DNA from: an uncultured bacterium
Lineage (GTDB): Bacteria > Verrucomicrobiota > Kiritimatiellia > RFP12 > CAIWXQ01
DNA length: 59,916 bases
Assembly (NCBI GenBank): GCA_903861045.1
Contig: CAIOST010000240.1
Location: 1-59,916, forward strand
Reading direction: 5' to 3'
Position 1 is the stretch's first letter, and every line of letters begins with the position of its first letter. The notes beneath the pieces are model-generated. The model was not told where the DNA came from. It saw only the letters and a list, made by a program, of their open reading frames with translations, and did no database searches. Shown here piece by piece: positions 9,756 through 19,104 of this stretch. The position numbers and the translations under genes were made by a program.

Positions 9756-10859
9756 ATGAAAACAATGTTCACGCAGCATAAAAATCGGCTACACCACCTG
9801 CAATACGTCATCCTGCTTAGTGCGCTCTTCAGCCTTACCCCCTTGCTGAACGCCAGCAACGTCGCCATCGCTTGGGATCCACCCACAAGCAACACAGATG
9901 GCAGCGCGCTGACCGATCTGGCCGGCTATCGGCTTTATCATGGCACAGCCAGCGGGGTCTACACCGAAAACAGCGCCGTTGCCAATGGCAGCACGCTAAC
10001 CCTCTCGAACCTACTATCCGGCGGCACCCACTACTTCGCGGTCACCGCGCTCAACAGCGCCGGGGCGGAAGGGGCGTATTCCGACGAACTCGCCTTGCGG
10101 ATCCCGCCGGGTATTATCCTGAGCACCGCGCTTCTGTCGGTCGAGGAGGGCTCTTCGGTGACCCTTCAAGTCCGCCTGGAGGCGCCCCCCAGCCAAGCCA
10201 CCACGGTTCAAGTGCACCGCGTATCAGGTGGCTGCCCCTATTTGGGCATCACCGGGGGCACGCGGCTGCTGTTTTCCGCCACGAACTGGTCCACGTATCA
10301 GCCGGTCACGCTGCGCGCGCTGCCAGATCCGGTTCGAGCAAAACGTACCGCGCTCTTCGACTTCACCGGCACGGACCTTACATCGGCCCAACTCGCCGCG
10401 TCAGCAAGTAACCCAACCGTAACCCCCATCGAGCTGATTGACAACCAGGATGCGGACGCCAATGGGCTGCCCGATACCTGGGAAATCACTCGCTTCGGCG
10501 GCATCAACCTGGTAGGCGCAGCCGCCCTTGATGATTCGGATCAGGATGGGCTCTCCAATATCCAGGAATACATTGCCGGCACAGATCCGACCGATCCCGC
10601 CAGCCGACTGCTGGTGGAAATCCAAACACGCGCTGGTCAGCCCGAAGTCCGCGTGCAAACGATCGCCGCCACTGGCTACGGCTATCTCGGCAAAACCCGC
10701 AGCTACACCCTGCAACAGTGTCCCGACCTAGTCGCCGGAATATGGTCCCCGGTGGCTGCTGCCACCGACATACCAGCCGATGGCCAGACGGTAACCTATG
10801 CCGACAATCTAATCACCGCTCCCACCAGCTACTACCGCGTCAACGCCCAGCTCCACTAG
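9756..10859 (+). CDS. secreted Fn3-domain protein with Ig/Calx-like domain, Asp-rich Ca-binding repeats and PVC-type C-terminal domain
   Basis: Signal peptide; VAIAWDPP...LAGYRLY...YFAVTALN (Fn3); DADANGLPDTWE and DSDQDGLSNIQEY..GTDP; ends LQQCPDL..W...YYRV. Confidence 0.75.
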   Translation: MKTMFTQHKNRLHHLQYVILLSALFSLTPLLNASNVAIAWDPPTSNTDGSALTDLAGYRLYHGTASGVYTENSAVANGSTLTLSNLLSGGTHYFAVTALNSAGAEGAYSDELALRIPPGIILSTALLSVEEGSSVTLQVRLEAPPSQATTVQVHRVSGGCPYLGITGGTRLLFSATNWSTYQPVTLRALPDPVRAKRTALFDFTGTDLTSAQLAASASNPTVTPIELIDNQDADANGLPDTWEITRFGGINLVGAAALDDSDQDGLSNIQEYIAGTDPTDPASRLLVEIQTRAGQPEVRVQTIAATGYGYLGKTRSYTLQQCPDLVAGIWSPVAAATDIPADGQTVTYADNLITAPTSYYRVNAQLH

Positions 10860-10901
10860 GCGTGGCCAGCTGCAACCGCAACACGCGCAACCTTCCCCAT
10901 C

Positions 10902-10936
10902 ACAAGGGCCGGAGCAATCCGGCCCTTGTTGTTTTT
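10902..10936 (+). terminator. intrinsic terminator
   Basis: ACAAGGGCCGGA-GCAA-TCCGGCCCTTGT followed by TGTTTTT, downstream of the Fn3 gene. Confidence 0.8.
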
Positions 10937-11051
10937 GGTACACTGACAGGCCGCACGTAGTGACGCCGTAAGGCGTTTGCTTCTTTGCGTTGGCGCGTTC
11001 CTGTGCGGCGGACACAGAGGCACGACCTCCAGTGCGCCAGATGCCAGAAAT

Positions 11052-11083
11052 GCACAAGGGCCGTATTACTCCGGCCCTTGTGC
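11052..11083 (-). terminator. terminator-like hairpin after VPDSG-CTERM gene
   Basis: GCACAAGGGCCG...CGGCCCTTGTGC 12-bp stem; near-identical to the hairpin at 10902. Confidence 0.65.
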
Positions 11084-11114
11084 GGACAGATCTAAGAACG
11101 CTGCGCTGACGCAA

Positions 11115-11645
11115 CTACCGCGCCATCTTCCTGCGGAGAGCAGCCAGACTCAGCATGCCGAAGCTCAGCAGCGCCAAGGTCATCCCGCCGTCTGGAACCG
11201 GTCTGCGGTCGAAAGATTGCGGGTCCGTATCTATATATTTCCACGAGGCAGCCGACTGCGGCTCGCCGAATGGTACGCTGATGTAAGCCCATCTACCGAT
11301 CAGCTCTGTACCACTCCAGGCCAAAAAGGCGATCTCGTTACCAGGGGCGACGGTCGGCGCAGTACCCGCAAAAGTATACTGCACCAGGAAGTCGCCGCTG
11401 TAGGAGTACCCGCTGGCCGTCGTGTATCTTGAATTCACAAGCTCGGACGTCCAGCCGGCTAGCGACACCGTTACGGGATCGCTGAAGACGGAACTCCCGG
11501 AAGTGATAAACACCTCGATCCGGTCCATGTTCGGCGTTTCATTGTCAATGAAGCTGTACGTCCAGGTAATAGCCCTCACAGAACCTGCCGAGAAAAGGCA
11601 GACCCCCATCGCCACAACCAGCATATTTCGCATGGATTTGTTCAT
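11115..11645 (-). CDS. VPDSG-CTERM sorting domain protein (exosortase substrate)
   Basis: Start MNKSMRN after AAGGA RBS; signal peptide; C-terminus VPDGGMTLALLSFGMLSLAALRRKMAR (motif, TM helix, basic tail). Confidence 0.88.
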   Translation of the reverse strand: MNKSMRNMLVVAMGVCLFSAGSVRAITWTYSFIDNETPNMDRIEVFITSGSSVFSDPVTVSLAGWTSELVNSRYTTASGYSYSGDFLVQYTFAGTAPTVAPGNEIAFLAWSGTELIGRWAYISVPFGEPQSAASWKYIDTDPQSFDRRPVPDGGMTLALLSFGMLSLAALRRKMAR

Positions 11646-11724
11646 GACACTTCCTTTCGTATTGCAGGCCAACTGCCATTGCCCGTTGCAGCCGGCGTGA
11701 TTGAACCTGCGCATAACCATGTAT

Positions 11725-11740
11725 AGCAATTGTCGTGCCG
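11725..11740 (-). promoter_or_regulatory. sigma-54 promoter
   Basis: Minus strand CGGCACGACAATTGCT = GGCACG-N4-TTGC, 80 bp upstream of the start codon. Confidence 0.8.
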
Positions 11741-11837
11741 GAACTAGACACCGACCAAACATGATTTGCACTACATTGCTGTGCAACATGTTGCGAGCTT
11801 TACCAGCGGCGGTAGCATTCTCCAAAATTCGTCGGAG

Positions 11838-11864
11838 GCTGGCAAACTGTAAAGAAGTCCGACG
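11838..11864 (-). promoter_or_regulatory. candidate PrsR enhancer (PEP-box-like)
   Basis: CGTCGGACTTCTTTACAGTTTGCCAGC; 23/27 identical to 50396-50422; ~100 bp upstream of the sigma-54 site. Confidence 0.7.
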
Positions 11865-12008
11865 TTTTTACTTCCTCGGCGCCAGCATCATCAGCGCAAT
11901 TGTCACAACGGCGCCGGCACAGAAGCATGGTCTATTCTTTTGCCATGATTTTTGACGAATGCGTCCTGTTTGCTCACAGGGGGCGCCTCAAGGGTTAGCA
12001 CCAACAAC

Positions 12009-12035
12009 AATCCTGAAAATCCTGTTAATCGTGTT
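12009..12035. repeat. 3 x 9-bp periodic repeat (AATCCTGNN)
   Basis: aatcctgaa aatcctgtt aatcgtgtt; same unit forms the arms of the palindrome at 27283-27350. Confidence 0.6.
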
Positions 12036-12062
12036 AACGTATTCTGCTACGCACCTACGGCC

Positions 12063-13127
12063 TCACCCCACCAGCGCCGCCGCGATGCGTTCGCCGGCGT
12101 GACCGTCCCACAGCGGCGGAATCGCGCCTCTGGGCCCCTGATTACCCAGCACCTTGCCGATCTCTTGTTCCATGCGCGCCGTGTCCGTGCCTACCAGCAC
12201 ATTGGTGCCAATTTCAATGGTAATAGGCCGTTCCGTGGTGGTGCGCATGGTCAAACACGGTACCCGCAGGTAGGTCGTCTCTTCCTGAATGCCGCCGGAA
12301 TCCGTAACCACCACCGCCGCATGGCTCTGCAACCACAAGAACTCCAGGTAGCCCAGCGGTTCGGTCAAAAAGAGTCCGCGGGCGGCCTCCTGCAAGCCGA
12401 ACTGCGCGATCTTCTGCCGCGTGCGCGGATGCACGGGGAAGATCACCGGCAGCGTCCGACTGGTCCGCGCCAAAGCCCGCACCAGCGCCTCCAACATATA
12501 CGGATCATCCACATTCGACGGCCGATGCAGGGTCACGAGCACAAACTCTGCCGGCAGGTTCGGGACGCTGGGCTCACGCGCCTGGGGCAACAAGCGGATC
12601 AACGTATCAATCATCACATTGCCGACCAGCCAGATCTTCTCCGGAGCCACCCCTTCTCGCAGCAGGTTCACGTCGCCGTCCACGGACGGTGTGAAGAGCA
12701 CGTTACTGATCTGATCCGTCAAGAGGCGGTTGATTTCTTCGGGCATGGCACGGTCAAACGAACGCAACCCGGCCTCGACATGGCCGACCGGGATCCCCAG
12801 CTTCGTGGCCACCACCGAGGCGGCTACCGTCGAATTCACATCGCCATACACCAGCACCATATCCGGTCTTTCAGCCAGCAAAACCGGTTCGAAGCGCGTC
12901 ATCACCTCGGCGGTCTGTTTGGCGTGCGATCCGGAGCCCACTTCCAGGTTGTGATCCGGCAGTGGCAGGCCCAGTTGATCAAAGAACGTGCCGGACATAT
13001 TCGCGTCATAATGCTGGCCGGTATGGACCAACACTTGACGGACCTCCAGACGTGCCCGCAGCGCCCGCAACACCGGTGCCGCCTTCATGAAATTAGGCCG
13101 CGCCCCTACCACATGCAATATGGTCAT
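12063..13127 (-). CDS. wecB: non-hydrolysing UDP-N-acetylglucosamine 2-epimerase (WecB/WbpI family)
   Basis: VGARPNFMK, HTGQHYD, HVEAGLRS, MPEEINR, TDSGGIQEE, TERP. Confidence 0.92.
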   Translation of the reverse strand: MTILHVVGARPNFMKAAPVLRALRARLEVRQVLVHTGQHYDANMSGTFFDQLGLPLPDHNLEVGSGSHAKQTAEVMTRFEPVLLAERPDMVLVYGDVNSTVAASVVATKLGIPVGHVEAGLRSFDRAMPEEINRLLTDQISNVLFTPSVDGDVNLLREGVAPEKIWLVGNVMIDTLIRLLPQAREPSVPNLPAEFVLVTLHRPSNVDDPYMLEALVRALARTSRTLPVIFPVHPRTRQKIAQFGLQEAARGLFLTEPLGYLEFLWLQSHAAVVVTDSGGIQEETTYLRVPCLTMRTTTERPITIEIGTNVLVGTDTARMEQEIGKVLGNQGPRGAIPPLWDGHAGERIAAALVG

Positions 13128-13330
13128 AGGAATCCTTTATGCTAATTACACCCCTGCCCCGAAAAAGAACCGCACATACAGATACGCCACACCTTCGCAC
13201 AGCACTTCCCGCACGCCTTCGCTATAGCGCCACCAATGGACGGGATCGTATTCGCGTTCGTCCATGGCCAGCACCCCAACGCGGACCGTGTTTCCCATGG
13301 CCTTCTGAAATCACATAACGAGCGTCTCCC

Positions 13331-15178
13331 TCACTCGAGACGCCTCAGGTTAGAAATGGGCATCGGGCTTTTGGCTGCTATGAACTCGAGAGCCCCGATG
13401 TCGGGAGCCGCATCGTTCAGGCGCGAGGTCAAGTCGTAATCTACAATGACGGGACTGACGAACACGCCAGCGTTGATGCACGGCGAACCGGCGGCCAAAT
13501 GCGCCTCCGCCAACGTAGTGGGATTGGAATACACCAACAAGGGCAAACCAAAGGATGAATTCTCTTCGTTAGGAAATCCGTCGCGCAGCATGGCCGCCTG
13601 CATGGCCGCAAGCGTCTTATAGTTCGAACCGCGATAGACGAACGACTGTCCGGAGTCCGTGGTTTTGAAGTACCGGTTGTTACTCAACCTGACACCGGCA
13701 TACGTCGTCTCATTTGAGTCGGCACCGACCAGAAGCATGTCGCCAGAGTTCGAAATCAGAAGGTTATTTCGTACCTCAAGCTGCGTGTTACTTCCGAAAA
13801 AGTGGAAACCATTGGCGCCGGGATAGCTGCCGTTCGCGATGGTATTATGAATAAAACGATTGCCATGGCACGCGGGGTTGACGCTGCCCGGACCGCCGTT
13901 CTTGCCGTCAGACTGCAATGCCGGGCCGTATACGTTCAACACCACATTGTTGTACACAACGTTGTCGTTGGCGCCGTCGCGCAACTGGACGGCAATCCCG
14001 CCGCCCACGTTATACCCCTTGATATCGTGAATGAAGTTGTGGCGGATCACGTTGCCTTTCGTGCCACTTCGAAAATAGACAGCATTCTGCGCGGGCCCAG
14101 ATAGTTCGTTATATTCGACGCAACCATGGACGGCGCCATAAGCGACCCCGCTAGCCCAAGCGCCCACCACGCCAACAAGGTCCCCACCACGCGCGTAGCA
14201 GCCATAGATACGATTGCTAACTACTTGCAAGCTCTGACACGTTCCCGCGCTGCCGGATTCGAAGTAGATCAGCGACCCGTATCCGTTACCGTCGGGGTCG
14301 TAGCAATCGCGCACAGTGCTCGCTCGCAGCACAAAGTTGCTTGATCGCATGACGTAAATGGCACCAGCCGCTCCGGAGGCGTCGTGAATGAACACTCGAT
14401 CCAGGACGACGAAGTCGCTCTCATAAACGTAGCAAATGGGATGCACGGCGTTACGCAGTCCGCTCTGTTTCATTTCGACATCGCGGATCGTGACATAGTC
14501 CTTCCGATAGATATAAACACACTTGGATCGCGCGGAACCCTCAACTCGCAATCCGGCGAGTGCGGGCGACTTCGGCGAGTAGATATACACCGTGGAGAAC
14601 CCAAGGCCATCCGCGTCGCCCCACGCCCACCGGTCAGCGGCGAGATTTCCCGCGATGTAGGGCGTCCACTGACCGGCGTACTCACCGATGAACTGATACC
14701 GCTCGTTCAGCCAAACCCCGCCTGGCTCCGGAATCTGGGGGTTCAACCCGGCGCTGGTGGTAAGATACCACTGGTTGCCAGCAGAAGATGCGTTCCAGCG
14801 GAACGGCTCGGCCGAGTAGTCGGCCGCGCCGTTGATGACGGGGGGTGCCCCCTCTCCATAAGATTGAATCGTCAAGGGGCGATTCGACGTCCCCCCTGCG
14901 CCAATCTGAAGTTCTTCGCGCCACTCGCATCCCCGGCGAAGATTGACGAAAACCACATCACCGGTTGCGATCATCTGTCCGATGGCTGTCCAGTTGATGT
15001 TAGAGAAGGCTCGGTAGGGGGCAGATAGCGTTCCATTGCCACTGCTTGACACCGACGCATCCACATACAATTGCTGTTCCTCTCCACGAGAGTATTCGGC
15101 ATGACCAACTGTCAAGGTTAGTACCATGAACCCCAGAGTTTGTGTTAGCCGAATACGCATGCATGTACAATTGTTCAT
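13331..15178 (-). CDS. secreted right-handed beta-helix protein with choice-of-anchor-Q-like C-terminus
   Basis: Signal peptide, YVDAS..GNGT..PY N-terminal motif, beta-helix repeats, LAAGSPCINAG...PDIGALE; ends SPMPISNLRRLE; start approximate. Confidence 0.75.
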   Translation of the reverse strand: MNNCTCMRIRLTQTLGFMVLTLTVGHAEYSRGEEQQLYVDASVSSSGNGTLSAPYRAFSNINWTAIGQMIATGDVVFVNLRRGCEWREELQIGAGGTSNRPLTIQSYGEGAPPVINGAADYSAEPFRWNASSAGNQWYLTTSAGLNPQIPEPGGVWLNERYQFIGEYAGQWTPYIAGNLAADRWAWGDADGLGFSTVYIYSPKSPALAGLRVEGSARSKCVYIYRKDYVTIRDVEMKQSGLRNAVHPICYVYESDFVVLDRVFIHDASGAAGAIYVMRSSNFVLRASTVRDCYDPDGNGYGSLIYFESGSAGTCQSLQVVSNRIYGCYARGGDLVGVVGAWASGVAYGAVHGCVEYNELSGPAQNAVYFRSGTKGNVIRHNFIHDIKGYNVGGGIAVQLRDGANDNVVYNNVVLNVYGPALQSDGKNGGPGSVNPACHGNRFIHNTIANGSYPGANGFHFFGSNTQLEVRNNLLISNSGDMLLVGADSNETTYAGVRLSNNRYFKTTDSGQSFVYRGSNYKTLAAMQAAMLRDGFPNEENSSFGLPLLVYSNPTTLAEAHLAAGSPCINAGVFVSPVIVDYDLTSRLNDAAPDIGALEFIAAKSPMPISNLRRLE

Positions 15179-15272
15179 GGATTTGCCCTCTTTTCGTGAC
15201 CGTACCGCGAAGATCCAAGAAAGAATGGCTCCAAAATGATAAAGGCCAACCACCCCGACACCTTCCGTGCCA

Positions 15273-16340
15273 CTAATTACGACACGCGCGCCACTTCATC
15301 CAACGCTGACCTATTGCTTGTGCGAGGTCGCCAACGCGCATCATCACAAGACTTAGCCGATTGCTACAAGCCTCATATTCGCCCACGTGTTCCATGGCCA
15401 AACCAGACATGCCAGCCTTGAATTTATCAACCGACTGCGTGACATCACCTCCGCGTCCGCCCAGATCGAGCCAACGGCACCCATGCTTTTGCATCCATTC
15501 CACCGTTTTCCATTTTGCCAGATAGGAGCTATTTACTCGCCGTCCTTCGCCGCCGGTGGCGGCCAACAAGCACAGGCCCGTATCGCCCAGCGCGGAAAAC
15601 ACCGCGGCGGACACGGGCAAGCCCGCAAACCGGCACACGACGAGTTGCATCTTCTGGTCGTCCGGCAAAAGCGCCTGCATACGGCGCAGTTCTTCCGGCT
15701 TCACGAACGCCGCGAAGTGTTTGCGGCCACGTAGTTCCTGATACAAATTGTCCAGGCTGCTGAACAACTCGTCGCCAGTGCCCTCCGCCACGTTAATTTG
15801 CGCATCTTCGGCCTGCCGCAAATGCTTGCGCCAATGCTTGTCAAGCTTCTTGCTTAACTCGTCGAGTGGCGGGGCAAGATCGAGGACGAACGTTGCATAT
15901 GGGCTACGGTTAGCGCGACGCACAAAATGCTCGTCTGCGAAAACTTTCTGCACCGGCACATCTCCCTCCCCATGAAAAACCCGTGGCAGGAGGCGCAGGA
16001 GGAACCCTCGGCGTTGAACGTATTCCTCCCGCAGTGCCCGCAGCACCTCGGCCAGGTTATGCGCTTCGGGGCATTCCTTCCGCCGCCGCCACAGCGGACC
16101 CCACCGCACATAAGCGATGCCACCGGGCAGGTACGGACAACGAAGCAACCGAATTTGCGCGGCACCAACAGGTTCAGAAGCATCCCACACGACCAGGTGA
16201 CTGAGTGCGGCTGAAGTCCAACGCGTCGCGCCATATGCCCAGGTCTGGTATAAGGAGGCGTCGTCGAACGCGCGCACGACTCCAGCCCAGGAATCCGGAG
16301 TCATCGAATCCACCGTTGTCCGATATGATCGCGCTGTCAT
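15273..16340 (-). CDS. FemAB/FemX-like GNAT aminoacyl- or acyltransferase
   Basis: YQTWAYG, YVRWGPLW, LDL...LDKHWRKHLRQA, WLDLGG, KFKAG. Confidence 0.8.
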   Translation of the reverse strand: MTARSYRTTVDSMTPDSWAGVVRAFDDASLYQTWAYGATRWTSAALSHLVVWDASEPVGAAQIRLLRCPYLPGGIAYVRWGPLWRRRKECPEAHNLAEVLRALREEYVQRRGFLLRLLPRVFHGEGDVPVQKVFADEHFVRRANRSPYATFVLDLAPPLDELSKKLDKHWRKHLRQAEDAQINVAEGTGDELFSSLDNLYQELRGRKHFAAFVKPEELRRMQALLPDDQKMQLVVCRFAGLPVSAAVFSALGDTGLCLLAATGGEGRRVNSSYLAKWKTVEWMQKHGCRWLDLGGRGGDVTQSVDKFKAGMSGLAMEHVGEYEACSNRLSLVMMRVGDLAQAIGQRWMKWRACRN

Positions 16341-17212
16341 GTCTTGTTACAGGGCTCCGTTGGGCACGGCGCAACGCACGTCCGAGTGATTCCGGCACAG
16401 ACCACACGGTGCAGTGCCCGTTTGATGGCAATCGCCGTCGGCAGCCATTGATACGCGCCGGCCAGTTTGAGTTGAAACTCAATGGCCCAGTCGGTCGGCT
16501 CCACATTGATACGTCCGACCGCAAAGGCCTGCAAGGGGTCGTAAACGACGTGAGGCAGGGTCGTAAAGAGTCGGCCATAACCCGCCGCACGCACAGCGCT
16601 GAGATGTTCAGGGGCGAAGGCGCCATACGGAAAGCTGAACATTTCTGAGCCGCCTTCCGCAATTGTCGCCAACCGCCGACGCGAATCTTCGAGTTCCCGA
16701 CGCACACCGGCGTCATCCAACGCGCAGAAGTTCGTATGGGTGACGCCATGGGAGCCCAGCGTGATCGCCGGGCCTGCCAACCGGCGCAGTTCGTCGATGC
16801 ACAAGACGCGATCGGCGTGCAGAGGATGGTGCGGATCATCGATCCAATCCGGCGTCCTTCCAGCGAAGTCCGTGGGCACGAACACGGTCGCGTGAATTCC
16901 CCGCTGTGCGAGTTCAGGGAATGCATTGCGCGCCGCGCTGGCGAGCGCATCGTCGAAAGTCACTGAAACATATTGCTTGCCGGCCTCCAGAGGCTGCCGC
17001 CAAGCAGCGGGAATTACTTCGGCTCGCTTTTGCAGTTCATTCATCTGCCGAACGAACCCGGCACGCGCCTCATCAGGGACGGCATGGTAGTAGAGAACGA
17101 TCCAGATTCCCGGCGTGGCGTGTCCAGACAGGACGCTGTGCAGCCGCCGCAGCAATGTCCAGCACAGCCAAAAAACTGCGGCGATCACCAGCTTGAGCAA
17201 ACGGGAAGTCAT
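16337..17212 (-). CDS. polysaccharide deacetylase (CE4/NodB)
   Basis: LYYHAV, VTFDDA, GSHGVTH, FSFPYG. Confidence 0.85.
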   Translation of the reverse strand: MTSRLLKLVIAAVFWLCWTLLRRLHSVLSGHATPGIWIVLYYHAVPDEARAGFVRQMNELQKRAEVIPAAWRQPLEAGKQYVSVTFDDALASAARNAFPELAQRGIHATVFVPTDFAGRTPDWIDDPHHPLHADRVLCIDELRRLAGPAITLGSHGVTHTNFCALDDAGVRRELEDSRRRLATIAEGGSEMFSFPYGAFAPEHLSAVRAAGYGRLFTTLPHVVYDPLQAFAVGRINVEPTDWAIEFQLKLAGAYQWLPTAIAIKRALHRVVCAGITRTCVAPCPTEPCNKT

Positions 17213-17227
17213 GTCGGTCTCAATCCG

Positions 17228-18205
17228 TCACTTCCTGACGGCCAGCACCTCATAAGCCGGAGCCACATTCAACGCCAACTGCGGAAAGCGACGGAAGCAC
17301 CAGCTAACGAAGGGATGTGGCCGGAAATCGAAAACCGACTTCGGTGCTACGCGCACCGGCACCAACCCCAAGTTGAAGAGCAGGCATTCAACCTCGGCCG
17401 GGCTGAACGCATTCTCGTGGTACTGGCCGGAATCAGGGTCCACCGGCGCACGCCGCCGTAAAAAACGCAGCGCGAACGGGTCGACCCCGTGAGAGGATCG
17501 GTAATCAATCAGGCGGTGAAGTTCATCGAAGGTTAGCCCGTACGATGCATCCACGAGGGCAGCCACTTTGGCGGCGGATAGCGCCGGATAATGCTCACGG
17601 ATAAAACCGGTGCGCTGTCCAGCATAGATAATCTCGCCCGCCTGGCGTTCCCCCGGCCACACGCGTTGCCGCAGTCGCCCGCGCACGAGGGGGCTATGGT
17701 TGTTGTTGTTGTCCTCCACGAACACGGTGCCATACGGCTTGAGCAGTCGGATCATGTGGCCGAGCATCTGCGGCGCCTCGCGTAGATGGCTGATCACGTT
17801 AGCAAGAATGATCGTATCCACGGATTCGTGGGCTAGGACGTCCATGCTCGGCAGGTAGCGCAGTTGCGGTGCACGGAATACCTCCGTCGCGAGGAACGAT
17901 GCCACGGCTCGGCGCGATTCGCTGGCCTCCACGCCAGTCACGGCGGCCGCGCCGCACCCAGCCAGGACGCCAGCCAGAAAACCGCAGCCGCTGCCGAAAT
18001 CTAGCACGTGCCGATCCACAACACAAAGTAGGTCGGCCACGTACCGAGACCGCCGGATCTTACACGCCAGCGCAACGGGTTGATCAAAAAGACGCACTAG
18101 GTGGTCTGAACCGGTCTGCGACGACAGGCGGCGCAGTTCACGCCCCACAGTCGAATCGGCGCGCAGAAAGGCATCCCGTAGCCGTAGTTCCAGATCAGCA
18201 TCCAT
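17228..18205 (-). CDS. class I SAM-dependent methyltransferase
   Basis: VLDFGSGCG, NVISHL, LLKPYG; start moved to MDADLEL after GGAG. Confidence 0.8.
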   Translation of the reverse strand: MDADLELRLRDAFLRADSTVGRELRRLSSQTGSDHLVRLFDQPVALACKIRRSRYVADLLCVVDRHVLDFGSGCGFLAGVLAGCGAAAVTGVEASESRRAVASFLATEVFRAPQLRYLPSMDVLAHESVDTIILANVISHLREAPQMLGHMIRLLKPYGTVFVEDNNNNHSPLVRGRLRQRVWPGERQAGEIIYAGQRTGFIREHYPALSAAKVAALVDASYGLTFDELHRLIDYRSSHGVDPFALRFLRRRAPVDPDSGQYHENAFSPAEVECLLFNLGLVPVRVAPKSVFDFRPHPFVSWCFRRFPQLALNVAPAYEVLAVRK

Positions 18206-18228
18206 GGCATAGCTCCCATTATCTCTCA

Positions 18229-19104
18229 CTACAAGCGACTCCTGACGCGCGCCCGCAACCTCTGCATCTGTTCCTTTCGAAACCAAGCCATCACCTCCGG
18301 CGGCACGGGACGCGGCTCGCGAGTCAGGCCAGCATATACGTATCCGGCCAAGGCGGCCACCCGGCCTACCAACGGATGGCCGTCGCTTACGTGCAAACAG
18401 CGTACAAACGCATACAGAGGATGCGTGCCAAACGAGTAGCTTCGCACTCCGTTGTTGAACCATTGGCGCACACCGGCCATTCCCGAGCGTGGCGGCGATT
18501 TGCCATGATATGCCTTCAAGTCCGGATAGGCGCACACCGTCCACCCATGCATGCGAGCCAACACACCGGCCACGACGTCCTGGCCACCGCGCGGCATGGG
18601 GAGGTAACCGCCAATAGCATCAAAGCACGCTTTGCGGAAGAATTGTACGCCGCCAGCCACGTGATGACCCTCGCTCCCCTGCCGTGGATCCAGAATCGTG
18701 CCGTCATGGTAAACATCGAGCACGTTGCCACCAGCAATACCTATGCGCGGGTTCTGTTCCATACGCGACACTAGTTCGGCATAGTAGGATGAGTTCATGC
18801 GGATGTCGGCATCCAGGATGCCCACGAAATCGACGTTTGCGCTACCCACGATCGCGTATCCCTCGCGCGTGGCTTCCACTTGCGACGCGAAGTTCCGCCG
18901 GCGCTCCGCGTCCCGTCGGCACAGTCGGATAAACGGAACCCGCGCTGCATAACTCCGTACGACATCATCGGTGTTGTCCGTTGAGCCATCGCTGACGATG
19001 ACCCATTGCTTAGGTTGCAATTTCTGGATCAACACCGCATCCAGCGTGTCAGCAATAAGGCGCCCCTCATTGCGGGCCGCTGTAATAAGCACGTATGCGC
19101 TCAT
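18229..19104 (-). CDS. glycosyltransferase family 2
   Basis: ITAARNE, VSDGSTDNT, ILDADI, FDAIGGY. Confidence 0.9.
   Translation of the reverse strand: MSAYVLITAARNEGRLIADTLDAVLIQKLQPKQWVIVSDGSTDNTDDVVRSYAARVPFIRLCRRDAERRRNFASQVEATREGYAIVGSANVDFVGILDADIRMNSSYYAELVSRMEQNPRIGIAGGNVLDVYHDGTILDPRQGSEGHHVAGGVQFFRKACFDAIGGYLPMPRGGQDVVAGVLARMHGWTVCAYPDLKAYHGKSPPRSGMAGVRQWFNNGVRSYSFGTHPLYAFVRCLHVSDGHPLVGRVAALAGYVYAGLTREPRPVPPEVMAWFRKEQMQRLRARVRSRL

Noticed and set aside
11808-11819. ops-like GGCGGTAGCATT
   Set aside because: On the strand opposite the EPS operon and at its distal end
15257-15272. sigma-54-like TGGCACGGAAGGTGTC upstream of the beta-helix gene
   Set aside because: The -12 GC is replaced by GT; too weak to call
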